NCBI GenBank assembly: GCA_035455205.1
Contig: DATIFM010000008.1
Location: forward strand, 13,146 to 77,145
DNA length: 64,000 bases
Source of the DNA: Candidatus Bilamarchaeum sp.
GTDB taxonomy: Archaea; Micrarchaeota; Micrarchaeia; Anstonellales; Bilamarchaeaceae
Reading direction: 5' to 3'
Part shown: piece after piece, positions 1-9,604 of the stretch
Position numbering within the stretch: position 1 is the first letter of the stretch
Layout of the letters: every line of letters starts with the position of its first letter
Notes under the pieces: model-generated
Database searches by the model: none
What the model was told of the DNA's origin: nothing
Seen by the model: the letters and a program-made list of their open reading frames with translations, nothing else
Program-made: the position numbers and the translations under genes

Positions 1-653
1 GAGAGCACGAGCGCCTTCGGGAGTATGTTGCGGCTGTCCTTCACCTCCTCGGCGAGGTTCGCTATGTTCTCGAAGCCGATATAAGCGAAGAAGATGACCG
101 AAACTGCGGCTATGATGCCGGAGATTCCCGCGGGCGGAAGCTCGAGCAGGTTTACCTCGGCCTGCGGGGCGATGAGGAAAGCCGCGCCTATCACGATTAG
201 CAGGCCGAGCATCTCTATGAGCGTCGAAACGATGTTGAAAGTCGCGGATTCCCTGATTCCGGCATAGTTGAGGAGCGTCATGAGGCCTATCAGGCCGAGG
301 GCGGCCGCTTTCGGCTCGATGCCGGTAAGGGCCGAGAAATATCCGCCGAATCCGAGTGCCACGGTGGACGCGGCTATAAGCGTGCCGACAGAGAGCACCC
401 ATCCGACGAGGAACGAGAGCGGCTCGCGGCCGAATGCTTTCCGGGTGTAATTGTATTCGGCGGCCTCCTTGGGGAACATGCCTGAAAGCTCGGCGTAGCT
501 GAGGCCGGAAAACACCGCGATGACCGCGGAAACAAGGAACGCCAGCCAGAGCATGTTGCCCGCGAGGCCTGCCCCTACGGCTATCAGGGCGTATATTCCC
601 GCCCCGAGTATGACGCCTATCCCGTAAAGTGTGGTGCTGAACAAATCCAGCTC
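1..653 (-). CDS. APC-family amino acid/polyamine permease (partial, 3' end beyond window start)
   Basis: Minus-strand translation from GTG near 651-653 gives KVKLKRELDLFSTTLYGIGVILGAGIY..., a multi-TM hydrophobic protein with the typical N-terminal APC permease signature; RBS-like GGAGCGGG lies upstream. Not in the ORF track because it runs off the window. Confidence 0.55.
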
Positions 654-664
654 GCGCTTCAGTT

Positions 665-1468
665 TCACCTTTGATACCCGCTCCGGATATCCTTGCGAAT
701 CTTATAAACTTTAGCGGCCCGGGCGAGCGCGTTTTTGGGAAGCTCCGCGACGAGGAGGCTCTCCCTGCTGTGCGCGGCCAGCTTCACAGCACCGCGCACC
801 GGGACAGTGAGCTGGGAGTGCCCGATGAGCCGGTCGCCCGGCTCGTATACGCCGGCCGCGTTGGCGTATGCAATCGCGCACTCGTTCTCGAATGCGCGCA
901 CGAAGCAGAGTGCGTCGATGTTTTTCGACTCGGAAGGGTAATTGCTTATCCTGGCATCAGACCAGAAGCTCGGGACGTATATGATTCCCGCGCCCCCCTG
1001 CGCCATTTTCCTGAATATCGCGGGGTTCACGAGGTCCCAGCAGATTGCGAGGCCGGCCTTCCCGAAGCGCGTATTGAAGACGGAGATTTCCGCGCCCGGG
1101 CAGAGCCGTTCGCGCTCGCTGTGCCAGAGGTTCATCTTGCGGTAGCAGCCGAGAAGCCGCCCGCCCCGCTCGAAATAGCACGCGGTGTTGTATGCCTTCC
1201 CTTTTTCGGATTCGACGAAGGAGCCGCTCACGATGTCAATCCTGCTCTTTTTGGCGAGGTTCGAAAACAGCCTCCTGTAAGCGCCCTTCGAATCGATGAG
1301 TTCCGGCCTGCCCTTGACCGAGCCCGTGAGGCAGTATTCGGGAAGGACAAGGACGTCTGCGCGCCCGGCCCGGGCTTTCCGGATGAATTTCCGTATTTTC
1401 GCGATGTTCGCCTCGACATCGCCCTGCGCTATCTCCATCTGCGCTATCGCGATTCTCATAATGACCAA
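665..1468 (-). CDS. carbon-nitrogen hydrolase (nitrilase/amidase superfamily)
   Basis: 267 aa; Glu-Lys-Cys catalytic triad context is visible (LPEY, YRKMNLW, LAICWD). Confidence 0.8.
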   Translation of the reverse strand: MVIMRIAIAQMEIAQGDVEANIAKIRKFIRKARAGRADVLVLPEYCLTGSVKGRPELIDSKGAYRRLFSNLAKKSRIDIVSGSFVESEKGKAYNTACYFERGGRLLGCYRKMNLWHSERERLCPGAEISVFNTRFGKAGLAICWDLVNPAIFRKMAQGGAGIIYVPSFWSDARISNYPSESKNIDALCFVRAFENECAIAYANAAGVYEPGDRLIGHSQLTVPVRGAVKLAAHSRESLLVAELPKNALARAAKVYKIRKDIRSGYQR

Positions 1469-2244
1469 ACGTACAGGTTCGTGTAGGTTTTATTGCCTAT
1501 CGTCATCGAGTAGTGCTCGCGCAGGACTCCGTGCGGCATCATTCCCAAATCGTGGCAGGAGCGCATCACCGGCGCGGCTATGGTTTCGGCCAGAGTTATC
1601 GAGGAGCCGTCCCTTTCAAGGGCCTCGGCCCGGATTTTCGCGGCGAGCGCGGTGGTCATGCCTATCCCCCGGATTGATGGGATGGAGGCGCTCAAAGTGA
1701 ATTCAACGACCGGAATCCCCCCGTAATGGCAGGTCTGCCCGAAAAGGGCGGATACCATGCGCCCTTTGCTGAAGACGCCATATGCGATCGAATCCCGGAG
1801 GCGGGAGAGCAGAACCCCCGAATTGAGCGGCACAGGATAATCGGAATAGGTCTGCGAGTAGAGGAATTCGAGGTCCAACGCCGTCCGCTGGTCCGCCTGG
1901 AGGCGGACGATATCAAGGTTTTCTGGCAGGGGCCGCCTTGCCGAGCACAGGACTTTCGCGAGGTAGAGCGTCTCATCATGGAGCGTCTGCTCCGAGGGGA
2001 GACGCGAGGGCAGGTTGAACCCTAAAAAAACCAGCTCGCCGCGCCCTGCCGGGAATTTCGCCTCGACCCTGAATTCATCCTCTTTCACGGGGCCCTCGGT
2101 GAGGACGCGCAATACTCCGCGGCTGGAGCCGCTCCGCATCATCTCATAGCGGACGACCCCTTTGAGCCTCTCTATATCAGAGCACGAAGCGAATTCGGGG
2201 TGCGCAAGCTCGATGCGCCTGAGCCTCGGGTTGTGTGCCAGCAT
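1456..2244 (-). CDS. putative GNAT-fold N-acetyltransferase with N-terminal extension
   Basis: C-terminal segment VVEFTLSASIPSIRGIGMTTALAAKI matches the GNAT motif A (R-x-x-G-x-G/A); remainder has no recognisable motif. Confidence 0.4.
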   Translation of the reverse strand: MLAHNPRLRRIELAHPEFASCSDIERLKGVVRYEMMRSGSSRGVLRVLTEGPVKEDEFRVEAKFPAGRGELVFLGFNLPSRLPSEQTLHDETLYLAKVLCSARRPLPENLDIVRLQADQRTALDLEFLYSQTYSDYPVPLNSGVLLSRLRDSIAYGVFSKGRMVSALFGQTCHYGGIPVVEFTLSASIPSIRGIGMTTALAAKIRAEALERDGSSITLAETIAAPVMRSCHDLGMMPHGVLREHYSMTIGNKTYTNLYVWSL

Positions 2245-2250
2245 GCATAC

Positions 2251-4368
2251 CTACTCCTGCGCCGGCTCGTTGCTTACTACCGTCCAGAGGGACTTGTGGA
2301 GGACAATCCGGAGGCCGGTTGCCGGGAGCGAGAATGCCGCCCAGTATTCTTCGAGGGCAGGGGTGAAAAAGGCGATTTCCTGCGGATTGAGGCCCCGGCG
2401 CTCGACGCGGAGCGACGCGTCGAAGAGCGGCTGGAGGCGCCGCATGGCTTTAGTAACCGAGTCGGGGTCCGAAGCCCTCAGCCGCGAGCCTTCGAGGATT
2501 TTTTTGATTCTCGGGAGGCTGAGGGGGTTGAGGCGTATCTCCTTGAGCGCGGATTCCGTTATCAGGCCCTCCTCCTTTAGCTGGGCGCAGGCGGCAATCA
2601 CGTCGCGCCCCTGCGGCGGCCTCTTTATGAGCGAGTCCTTCACGTCGCTCCGGACGTAAATCCTTCCGCCAACCATCCCCGTCCCGAGGAAATCCCCGGC
2701 GATTGGCGTGTCCACGTCCTCCCGGCCGAGGTGGCCGAGGCCGAGGACAAGGCCGGTACCGCCGCTTGCCATCTTCATGAAATACTGGCCCACGGTCTCG
2801 CCTATCACGACGAATGGCTCGTGGCCGTCCTTCGGGCGCAGCTGCTGGCACCCCCTGGAGTCGAGGGAGCCGCGGTGGAAAAGATACTCGCCCTGGAACG
2901 CGTTCGCGTGCATCATGCCCGCGTTAGCATGGCAGACGACCTTGCGGACGCTCGAGGCTTCGAGGCAGTTGTCCTGCATCGGACCGACGATTTCAAGGGT
3001 CCCGTCGCCGTCGGTGTAGCTCGCGCCGTGGCTTCCGAGGGTGCCCGCGTATATGCGGTGGCCGGTTATGCGCTCGCCCGCAAACTGGTTGGGCTCACCG
3101 CGGAGGCGGCCTTCGGCCGTCTTCCGGTCCATCGAAGGGGCGGAGATGAAAGGGCGCCTGCTCCGCCCGGACTCGATTATCCCGGAGCGCGAGGACGCCC
3201 AGAGGAACTTTCCGGGCTCCGGCGAATACGCCTCGACCTTGGGCGAGAATATGTCGAGGCCGGTCGCGGCCTCGATCTGGCGGAGCTCGCTTGCCACGAA
3301 AACCCTGCCGTCCTCGTGGTCTATGACTATCTGGAGTGGGCGGAATGTGTTCCGGTCCCTGAACGCAAGGAGCTGGACCTCGTCCTCGTAGGTAATCAGG
3401 GCGATGCTCGAGACCGGACCGTCCAGGCCGAAGCCGCGGTAGCTTTTGGCGATGGCATCGAGTCTCGCGCGCTCCGCGCTCCCCCGGAGGAGCTGGGTGA
3501 TGTGGTTGTCGAAGGCCGGGACGAGCGCGGAAAGTATTCCGGAAATCGAAAGCCCCGGCTCGGACATCAGCCCGGTCTTGAGCATGGTGTAAATCATTCC
3601 GGCGATGACCTCGCTGTCCGTTCCCACCCAGCTTTTCCTGAGCTTCGCGATGAACGAGTCCACGCCGTTCTTGGTGGAGTTGTGGTACAGCTCGGCAAGC
3701 CTCGACTCGCAGGCCGCGAGGTTCGCGCGGTAGCTCGTCACATCGCCGTTGTGCACGATTCCGACGTTCCCGAACCCGAAGGGATGGGCGCGGGCGACCT
3801 TGGGCTCTGAGCCCGTGGGATAGCGCGTGTGGGCTATCATGCCGGTAGCCGGCATCTCCCCAAATCCGTAGATGCGCTCCTGCTCCGAGAGCGATTCGAG
3901 GCCCTTGTAGAGCGTGAGGCCGTGGCCGAACGAGATTATCCGGCCGTCATCCACTCCGACCTGCGAATTCGCGCGTATCACGGCCGAAAGCAGGTGGATG
4001 TATTCTGCCTCGGTCTTGGCCTGGTAAATCTGCCCCTGTCCCTTGTTTATTTCCCCGACGCGGACGCCTTCCTCTTCGAGGATGCCGCGGATGCGCTCCG
4101 CGAAGACGTCGGTGCGCGCCCATATGCACAGGTTCTTGCCCCTCTGGCCGCGCTCGGCGTGGGCGAGCATAACTCCGTTGCCGTAGGTGCCCCCGCGCGC
4201 GGACTCGGCCTCGCAAATCCCGCGGACCGCGCAGTTTCCCGTGAGGGGCTTCTCGCCGAATGAGAGAGCGCCGAAGATGGCGCAGTTCGAGGAATCCTTC
4301 TGCGCCTTGCGCACCGGCTCAAGCGCCAATGTAATCAACTCCGAGAAGGGACGCCGTCCGGGCATCAA
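2251..4368 (-). CDS. glutamate synthase subunit: class-II glutamine amidotransferase domain fused to the GXGXG (GltS C-terminal) domain
   Basis: N-terminal Ntn-type amidotransferase motifs (CAIFGAL, IAHTRYPTGS, IVHNGDVTSYRANL) and C-terminal glycine-rich beta-helix motif (GGTGLVLGLGHLG...GDFLGTGMVGGRIYV). Overlaps the upstream gene by about 50 nt. Confidence 0.75.
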   Translation of the reverse strand: MMPGRRPFSELITLALEPVRKAQKDSSNCAIFGALSFGEKPLTGNCAVRGICEAESARGGTYGNGVMLAHAERGQRGKNLCIWARTDVFAERIRGILEEEGVRVGEINKGQGQIYQAKTEAEYIHLLSAVIRANSQVGVDDGRIISFGHGLTLYKGLESLSEQERIYGFGEMPATGMIAHTRYPTGSEPKVARAHPFGFGNVGIVHNGDVTSYRANLAACESRLAELYHNSTKNGVDSFIAKLRKSWVGTDSEVIAGMIYTMLKTGLMSEPGLSISGILSALVPAFDNHITQLLRGSAERARLDAIAKSYRGFGLDGPVSSIALITYEDEVQLLAFRDRNTFRPLQIVIDHEDGRVFVASELRQIEAATGLDIFSPKVEAYSPEPGKFLWASSRSGIIESGRSRRPFISAPSMDRKTAEGRLRGEPNQFAGERITGHRIYAGTLGSHGASYTDGDGTLEIVGPMQDNCLEASSVRKVVCHANAGMMHANAFQGEYLFHRGSLDSRGCQQLRPKDGHEPFVVIGETVGQYFMKMASGGTGLVLGLGHLGREDVDTPIAGDFLGTGMVGGRIYVRSDVKDSLIKRPPQGRDVIAACAQLKEEGLITESALKEIRLNPLSLPRIKKILEGSRLRASDPDSVTKAMRRLQPLFDASLRVERRGLNPQEIAFFTPALEEYWAAFSLPATGLRIVLHKSLWTVVSNEPAQE

Positions 4369-6616
4369 GGTAGTGGCTCGCGCGCAGTATGTTCCGGTTG
4401 CCGGTCACAGAGCTTATCATCGAAAGCCCGGACGCGCCCATGTGCTGCCTGAGCTCGGCCGCGAGGCCCGATAGGAGGTTGAGCTGGCGCTGGTATGTCG
4501 GCTCGGTTATCAGCTTCGACGGGTCGCAGACGACCGCGTCCGCACCGAGGCACGCGAGGGCATAGATGTCCCTGGAGCTCCGGATGGCGGCGCGGGCGAT
4601 GAGCACGGTTTTCCTGCGCAGTATCATGCCGTCATGTATCGCGAGGCTGAGCGCATCGTCTGCCTGGCTCACGGCCACATCGAGCGGGATTTTTCCGGCC
4701 ATCCCCATAGCGCCTGCGATTATGAGCCCGTCCACGCCGGCGCGGGCGAGCGAGACCGAATCCTCGCGGATGCTTTCCGAGGCTTCGATTGACGCGTAGA
4801 CGGGCGTGGATGGGGATAGCATCTTAATCTCCCGGATGTTCTCCCTCGTCGCGTCCGCGACCGAAAGCAGAACGCCCGACGATTCGCGGATGTGGTAAAT
4901 CTTGGCCGGGATTTCCGCCGCGCCCACGGGGATTATCCTCCGCTTGGGGTCCTCGGCCGTGCTGCTGCAAAGTATTATCGTGTTCTTCTCGCGCGCGAGC
5001 TTCGTCGTCTCCTCCCCGTTCCCGTCCTCGAGTATGAGGGGCATGCTGATGTTGACGCTCCCGGGCAGCCTCACCATCGTCTCTATCACCTCTCGGTGGG
5101 AGTCGTATGCCGGACCCACGACGGTCCTCCCCTCGTGGTCGAGGAGGTCGAGGTTCGAGTACGGCGCGTCGAGGTCGGTCGTGCGCCCCATGCTCGAAAC
5201 CGATGGCTTGCCGGTCTTTGCGAGGCTCTCAAGCAGGTCTGAATAGTATTTCTGGGGGGATTTTGCCGGAGCCGGATAGGCCGGGGCGCTGGAAGGGACG
5301 CCGAGCATCGACGCGAGCTCGCGCGGCATCTTTTCCGCATGCAAAAGCTCGCTGTGGCCGACCGCATCGGATGCGGTTGCGAACCCGAAAGTGCGCAGGC
5401 AGTCCCCGAGCTCCATGCGGTATGCCCTGAAGAAGCGGTCGAGGGCGTCAGTTGCCCAGGCGAGGTCGAGCTCGCGCTTGCGCCAGCCGCCTTCCATGGT
5501 CGGTATCGCGGTCAGCGCGGTCGGGCAGTCCTTGTGGCACATGTTAACGACCTTGCACCCGAGGCCCACGAGCGACGCGGTGCCGAGGAGCACGCCGTCT
5601 GCGCCAAGGAGCATGAGCTTGAACGCCTTTGATGGAAGGTCGACGCGGCCTGCGGCGATTATCCTGAATTTCTCGCGCATGCCGATGCGTTCTATCTGCC
5701 TGTGCGCCAGCCTGACGGCGAGCTCGATTTCCATGCCGATGTGGTCGCGGTGGACATTGGGCGCGGCGCCGGTCCCTCCGCCCCTTCCGTCTATTATTAT
5801 GCCGTCCGCGCCTGCCCTCGCGGCCCCGGCCGCGACGTGCTCGATGGAGTGCGACGCCCCGGCCTTCACGAGGACGGGTTTCCCGGTCACGTGCTTCACG
5901 GCCTGCACGAGTGCGCGCATCTCCTCGATTGAGAACACCCTGCTCGCGTCGGAAAGTATGTCCACGCCTCCCGGCATTCCCCTTATTCGCCGTATCGTTT
6001 CCGTGACTTTGGCCTTGGGAAGGTGGCCGCCCATCCCGATTTTGGCCGACTGGCTCATCTTTATCGAGACGACGCAGGCCTGCCTGAGCATGTCCGGGTT
6101 CACGCCGAAGAGCCCGGTCGCGACCTGCACCATGATGTTCGGGTTGCCGATTATCGGGGGAGCGACTCCGCCCTCGCCAACGCCGAAGATGAAGTCGTTC
6201 ATTTTCGCCGCCTCTGCGACGGCCTGGTGCACTTCCTGCTGCGTCGCGCCGAATGAGTATTCCCCGAAAAGGATTGGAGCCGAGTAAGTGCGGCCCCCGA
6301 GCGGGAAGCCGAGGTCAGATGAGGCGAGCGCCGGGGCAGAGGGGGGCTCAAGGACCAGCATGTCCGAGACAGGGTAAGGAGGCGAATCGAAGCGGGGGTT
6401 GAAGCTCACGAGCTCGTCGAGCGAGAACTGGGACTGCCCGGTCGCGCCCATCCGCTGGAGCCGGTCGATTATCCCCTCGGTGAAATATTTCCTTCCGCCC
6501 GTCTCCCGGTTCCGCGGCGGCGTCTTGGCAAGGTAGGCTCCCATCAGCCTCGGGCCCCTCGAAGTAGGGTTACCCCTGTCCGGAGAGACTTCATCCACCT
6601 GCCTAGACAAAAACAA
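4319..6616 (-). CDS. glutamate synthase FMN-binding (GltB domain 2-like) subunit with an extra C-terminal TIM-barrel-like domain
   Basis: FMN-domain hallmarks GVGEGGVAPP and IDGRGGGTGAAP; C-terminal about 330 aa is glycine-rich and barrel-like but unassigned. Confidence 0.7.
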   Translation of the reverse strand: MFLSRQVDEVSPDRGNPTSRGPRLMGAYLAKTPPRNRETGGRKYFTEGIIDRLQRMGATGQSQFSLDELVSFNPRFDSPPYPVSDMLVLEPPSAPALASSDLGFPLGGRTYSAPILFGEYSFGATQQEVHQAVAEAAKMNDFIFGVGEGGVAPPIIGNPNIMVQVATGLFGVNPDMLRQACVVSIKMSQSAKIGMGGHLPKAKVTETIRRIRGMPGGVDILSDASRVFSIEEMRALVQAVKHVTGKPVLVKAGASHSIEHVAAGAARAGADGIIIDGRGGGTGAAPNVHRDHIGMEIELAVRLAHRQIERIGMREKFRIIAAGRVDLPSKAFKLMLLGADGVLLGTASLVGLGCKVVNMCHKDCPTALTAIPTMEGGWRKRELDLAWATDALDRFFRAYRMELGDCLRTFGFATASDAVGHSELLHAEKMPRELASMLGVPSSAPAYPAPAKSPQKYYSDLLESLAKTGKPSVSSMGRTTDLDAPYSNLDLLDHEGRTVVGPAYDSHREVIETMVRLPGSVNISMPLILEDGNGEETTKLAREKNTIILCSSTAEDPKRRIIPVGAAEIPAKIYHIRESSGVLLSVADATRENIREIKMLSPSTPVYASIEASESIREDSVSLARAGVDGLIIAGAMGMAGKIPLDVAVSQADDALSLAIHDGMILRRKTVLIARAAIRSSRDIYALACLGADAVVCDPSKLITEPTYQRQLNLLSGLAAELRQHMGASGLSMISSVTGNRNILRASHYLDARTASLLGVDYIGA

Positions 6617-6635
6617 ACACCGCAGGCTAGTTTGT

Positions 6636-6655
6636 GAAAATGGATTTATAAGACT
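6636..6655 (-). promoter_or_regulatory. putative archaeal TATA box (TTATAAAT on minus strand) about 27 nt upstream of the glutamate synthase start; leaderless transcript likely
   Basis: AT-rich hexamer in an otherwise GC-rich intergenic region; spacing consistent with archaeal BRE/TATA to start codon. Confidence 0.25.
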
Positions 6656-6689
6656 TTAGATGGGTGATAATTGGATTTCGTTATCCGTA

Positions 6690-7526
6690 CTATTGTTTTT
6701 TGCGCGATGCCCTGAGCATCGCGGTGTGTTCATCAGCATAGGCGGCCGCGGTCTTTGCATCCGGGAGCCTCGCAGCCATCGCGAGAATGTCCGGAAAGTT
6801 GCCGGGGTCGGCTTCCTCGAGTGCTTTCAGTGCCTTCACGAGAGTGTCGAATTCGGCGCCCTTCCAGTCCGGGCGGATGCGCCGGAGGCTGTCCTCCCAG
6901 CCCGGGGGCTTTTCCCCTGAAAGGGAGAATATCAGGCCGCTCGTAGCGGCGTTCGCATTCGGGTCGGGAGCGTCGGCAACGAGGGCGGAGACGAAAGCCG
7001 CAGCCTCGATGTCGCTCTTTTTCGCTGCGAGGGCGGCTAGCGGGTTGTCAGGCTCGTCGGGGTCGAACTCGGTCATTATGTGGCGTATCCTGAAGCGCAC
7101 CGAGCGCGCGACCGCATCCCGGGACTCGCGGTCGAGCTTGTCCCTGTGCATCCTTTTTTCGAGCCGCTCGAGGAACAGGGCCGCGTAGTGCCCGAGCATC
7201 GCCGCTCCGAGCCCCTCCACCGTAGCGAGGGAGCGAAGGCCGCTCACGTGGGCAAGGAGAAGCGCGGAAACAGTGCGCGCGTCGTATTCGGCGCCGAGCG
7301 CTGAGCGGCACTCCGATAGCGCAGGCTCGGGAAGCTCCCGCGCGGATGCAAATCCCTGAATCTCGTCTGCGGCGCTCCTGAGCCTCTCAGGCACCGTCCC
7401 CTTTGCCGAAGCCCCGCGCACGTGGGCCGAAAGCGAGGGGGAGATTTTTGCGAGCGCGGAGAGCGCATCCTCGAGCCGCCTCCCCGCGAAAGAAAGCGCA
7501 AAGTCCGAGACTTCAGCCTTATCCAT
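6690..7526 (-). CDS. hypothetical protein (278 aa, Ala/Leu-rich, no recognisable motif)
   Basis: Intact ORF with coherent composition; likely co-transcribed with the small basic protein upstream on the same strand. Confidence 0.35.
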   Translation of the reverse strand: MDKAEVSDFALSFAGRRLEDALSALAKISPSLSAHVRGASAKGTVPERLRSAADEIQGFASARELPEPALSECRSALGAEYDARTVSALLLAHVSGLRSLATVEGLGAAMLGHYAALFLERLEKRMHRDKLDRESRDAVARSVRFRIRHIMTEFDPDEPDNPLAALAAKKSDIEAAAFVSALVADAPDPNANAATSGLIFSLSGEKPPGWEDSLRRIRPDWKGAEFDTLVKALKALEEADPGNFPDILAMAARLPDAKTAAAYADEHTAMLRASRKKQ

Positions 7527-7530
7527 GGAG

Positions 7531-7722
7531 TTACTCTTTGTTGAGCTCCTTTTCGGCGAGGTCGATCGCGAGCTTGGAGGTATCGATGAGCAGCTTGCTC
7601 ACACCGTTTTTCTTTATCGGGGGCTTGGTGGAGTACATGTAGCTTGCCGTGCCTGTGAGCTTCCTCTTCTTTGCGTCAGCGGCGTTGGCATATTTCAGGT
7701 TGGCCTTGGATATCACGACCAT
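7531..7722 (-). CDS. small basic protein (63 aa, Lys-rich), unassigned
   Basis: MVVISKANLKYANAADAKKRKL...; small basic archaeal protein, possibly nucleic-acid binding; no confident family call. Confidence 0.3.
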   Translation of the reverse strand: MVVISKANLKYANAADAKKRKLTGTASYMYSTKPPIKKNGVSKLLIDTSKLAIDLAEKELNKE

Positions 7723-7868
7723 GTACGGCCGGTTGCCGCACTTTTCCTCGATTATCTTCGCGCACGCCTCTATGGCTTCCTTAAGGTCCTTGTCAGCTTC
7801 CAGAATATCACCTGTCAGGGGTTCCTTTGCCGGACAACAATTAAAAACAATGCAAGCGTTCGGTCTTC

Positions 7869-9527
7869 ATGCTCAGGCACGACATAGTGATAGTCGGGGC
7901 GGGCCTTGCCGGGCTCCGGGCGGCGATAGAGCTCAACAGGAAGGCCGACTGCGCCATAATATGCAAGACCTACCCCAACCTCGCGCATTCGACTGAGGCG
8001 CAGGGCGGCATAAATGCAGCCATCGACCCCGACGACAGCTGGCAGGACCACGCCTACGACACCTGCTACGGGGGAGATTACCTGAACGACCAGGACGCGG
8101 TCGAGGCGCTCTGCTCGGACGCGCCCCGCGTGATAGAGGAGCTCGTCGGCTATGGCGTGAATTTCAACCGCACCAAAAGCGGCATGATAGCCCAGAGGGC
8201 GTTCGGCGCGCAGAAGTTCAACCGCACGTGCTTCGCGGCCGACCGGACCGGCCATGCCCTGCTCCATTCCCTCTACAGGCAGGCCATCTCCCTCGGCGTC
8301 ACGATATACAACGAGTGGCAGGCGGTTTCCCTGGTGAAGAAGGGGGGGCGCGTCAGCGGAATCGTCGCCCTCGACATGGCAGACGGGGAGTTCAAGGCCG
8401 TTGCGGCAAAGGCGGTGATACTCGCGTCCGGGGGGGCCGGGAGAGTGTACGGGAAGACCACGAACCCCGAGAACACGGGCGACGGGATTGCGATCGCGTA
8501 CAATGCGGGCGCGCCCATCATGGACATGGAGATGGTCCAGTTCCACCCGACGACATTGCGCGGCTCGAACAAGCTGCTCTCCGAGGCAGCCCGCGGCGAG
8601 GGGGCATACCTAATCAACGCCAAGGGCGAGCGGTTCATGAAAAGGTACGCGCCGGACAAGATGGAGCTCGCTTCGCGCGACGTCGTATCGCGCGCAGAGG
8701 CGACCGAGATAATGGAGGGGCGGGGGGTCCTCGGGGACTCGGTGTACCTGGATTTCCGGCACCTCGAGCCGGAATTGATTAACACCCGCCTGCCGGACAT
8801 CAGGAAGAACGCGCTCGAACTCGTCGGCATAGACATAACGAAGGAGCCCGTGCCTGTCCAGCCGGGCCAGCACTACACGATGGCAGGAATTTCGACCGAC
8901 ACCGAATGCAAGACCCAGATACAGGGCCTCTTTGCCGCCGGGGAGTGCGCCTGCATCAGCGTCCACGGGGCGAACAGGCTGGGAGGAAACTCCCTCATGG
9001 AAACGTTCGTGTTCGGGCGGAGGGCCGCAGCCAGCGCTCTCAGATTTATCAAGGGCAAGGCGTTCGAGCCGATAGGCGAGACGGTGACAAAAATCGAGGA
9101 GGAGCGCGCCGCGAGATGGATGAAGAACGAGGGCAGGCTGGTCCGCCATTTGAGATTTGAGCTCGGGAAAGCCATGGACGACTTTGCCGGCCCGTTCCGC
9201 GACGGGGCCATGCTCGGAAAGGCGAGGGAGGCGGTTGCGAGGCTGAAGAAGGAGCCGATAGCCGTGAGCGAGCACAGCCACGTCTTCAACGCGGAACTGC
9301 AGGCCGCATACGAGCTGTGGTTCATGCTCGACCTAGCGCAGTGCACGGTCGCAAGCGCGATGGACAGGAAGGAGAGCCGGGGCGCGCACAGCAGGACCGA
9401 CTTCCCGAAAAGGGACGACAGGAACTGGCTGAAGCACATCCTCTGCACGAAGGCCGAGGACGGCCCGGCGCTGTCCTACAGGCCGGTGAGCATAACGAGG
9501 TGGAAGCCGGTCGAAAGGCACTATTAG
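7869..9527 (+). CDS. succinate dehydrogenase/fumarate reductase flavoprotein-family FAD oxidoreductase (SdhA/FrdA/TfrA/NadB-like)
   Basis: N-terminal FAD dinucleotide motif IVIVGAGLAGLRAA, the HSTEAQGG segment with a His at the covalent-FAD position, and the HYTMAGI active-site motif. No Fe-S partner subunit gene is adjacent. Confidence 0.8.
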   Translation: MLRHDIVIVGAGLAGLRAAIELNRKADCAIICKTYPNLAHSTEAQGGINAAIDPDDSWQDHAYDTCYGGDYLNDQDAVEALCSDAPRVIEELVGYGVNFNRTKSGMIAQRAFGAQKFNRTCFAADRTGHALLHSLYRQAISLGVTIYNEWQAVSLVKKGGRVSGIVALDMADGEFKAVAAKAVILASGGAGRVYGKTTNPENTGDGIAIAYNAGAPIMDMEMVQFHPTTLRGSNKLLSEAARGEGAYLINAKGERFMKRYAPDKMELASRDVVSRAEATEIMEGRGVLGDSVYLDFRHLEPELINTRLPDIRKNALELVGIDITKEPVPVQPGQHYTMAGISTDTECKTQIQGLFAAGECACISVHGANRLGGNSLMETFVFGRRAAASALRFIKGKAFEPIGETVTKIEEERAARWMKNEGRLVRHLRFELGKAMDDFAGPFRDGAMLGKAREAVARLKKEPIAVSEHSHVFNAELQAAYELWFMLDLAQCTVASAMDRKESRGAHSRTDFPKRDDRNWLKHILCTKAEDGPALSYRPVSITRWKPVERHY

Positions 9528-9604
9528 CTTGCTCGCCCCCCAGGGCTCGCCACGGATTTGGCACTATTCATCATTTTTAAGCACTAATATACCAATTGAT
9601 AGCC

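Noticed and set aside
671-1486. Long plus-strand ORF (271 aa) fully antisense to the CN-hydrolase gene. Analogous antisense ORFs occur at 2731..3810, 5391..6287, 7815..8546, 8610..9281, 9878..10510, 10860..11333, 16565..17401, 17465..18256, 19149..19958, 21083..21826, 23293..24129, 24500..25705, 26878..27798, 37134..38423, 39463..40218, 43941..45470, 51281..52033, 52236..52937, 55270..55650, 59721..60338, 61467..62117 and 62202..63119.
   Set aside because: High GC content suppresses stop codons on the non-coding strand. These translations are Arg/Pro/Gly/Ala-rich and low-complexity with no family motifs, whereas the opposite-strand proteins have clear conserved motifs.
7525-7887. 120-aa plus-strand ORF between the small basic protein gene and the sdhA-like gene.
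   Set aside because: Overlaps the minus-strand gene 7531..7722 antisense, and has no motif; likely non-coding.
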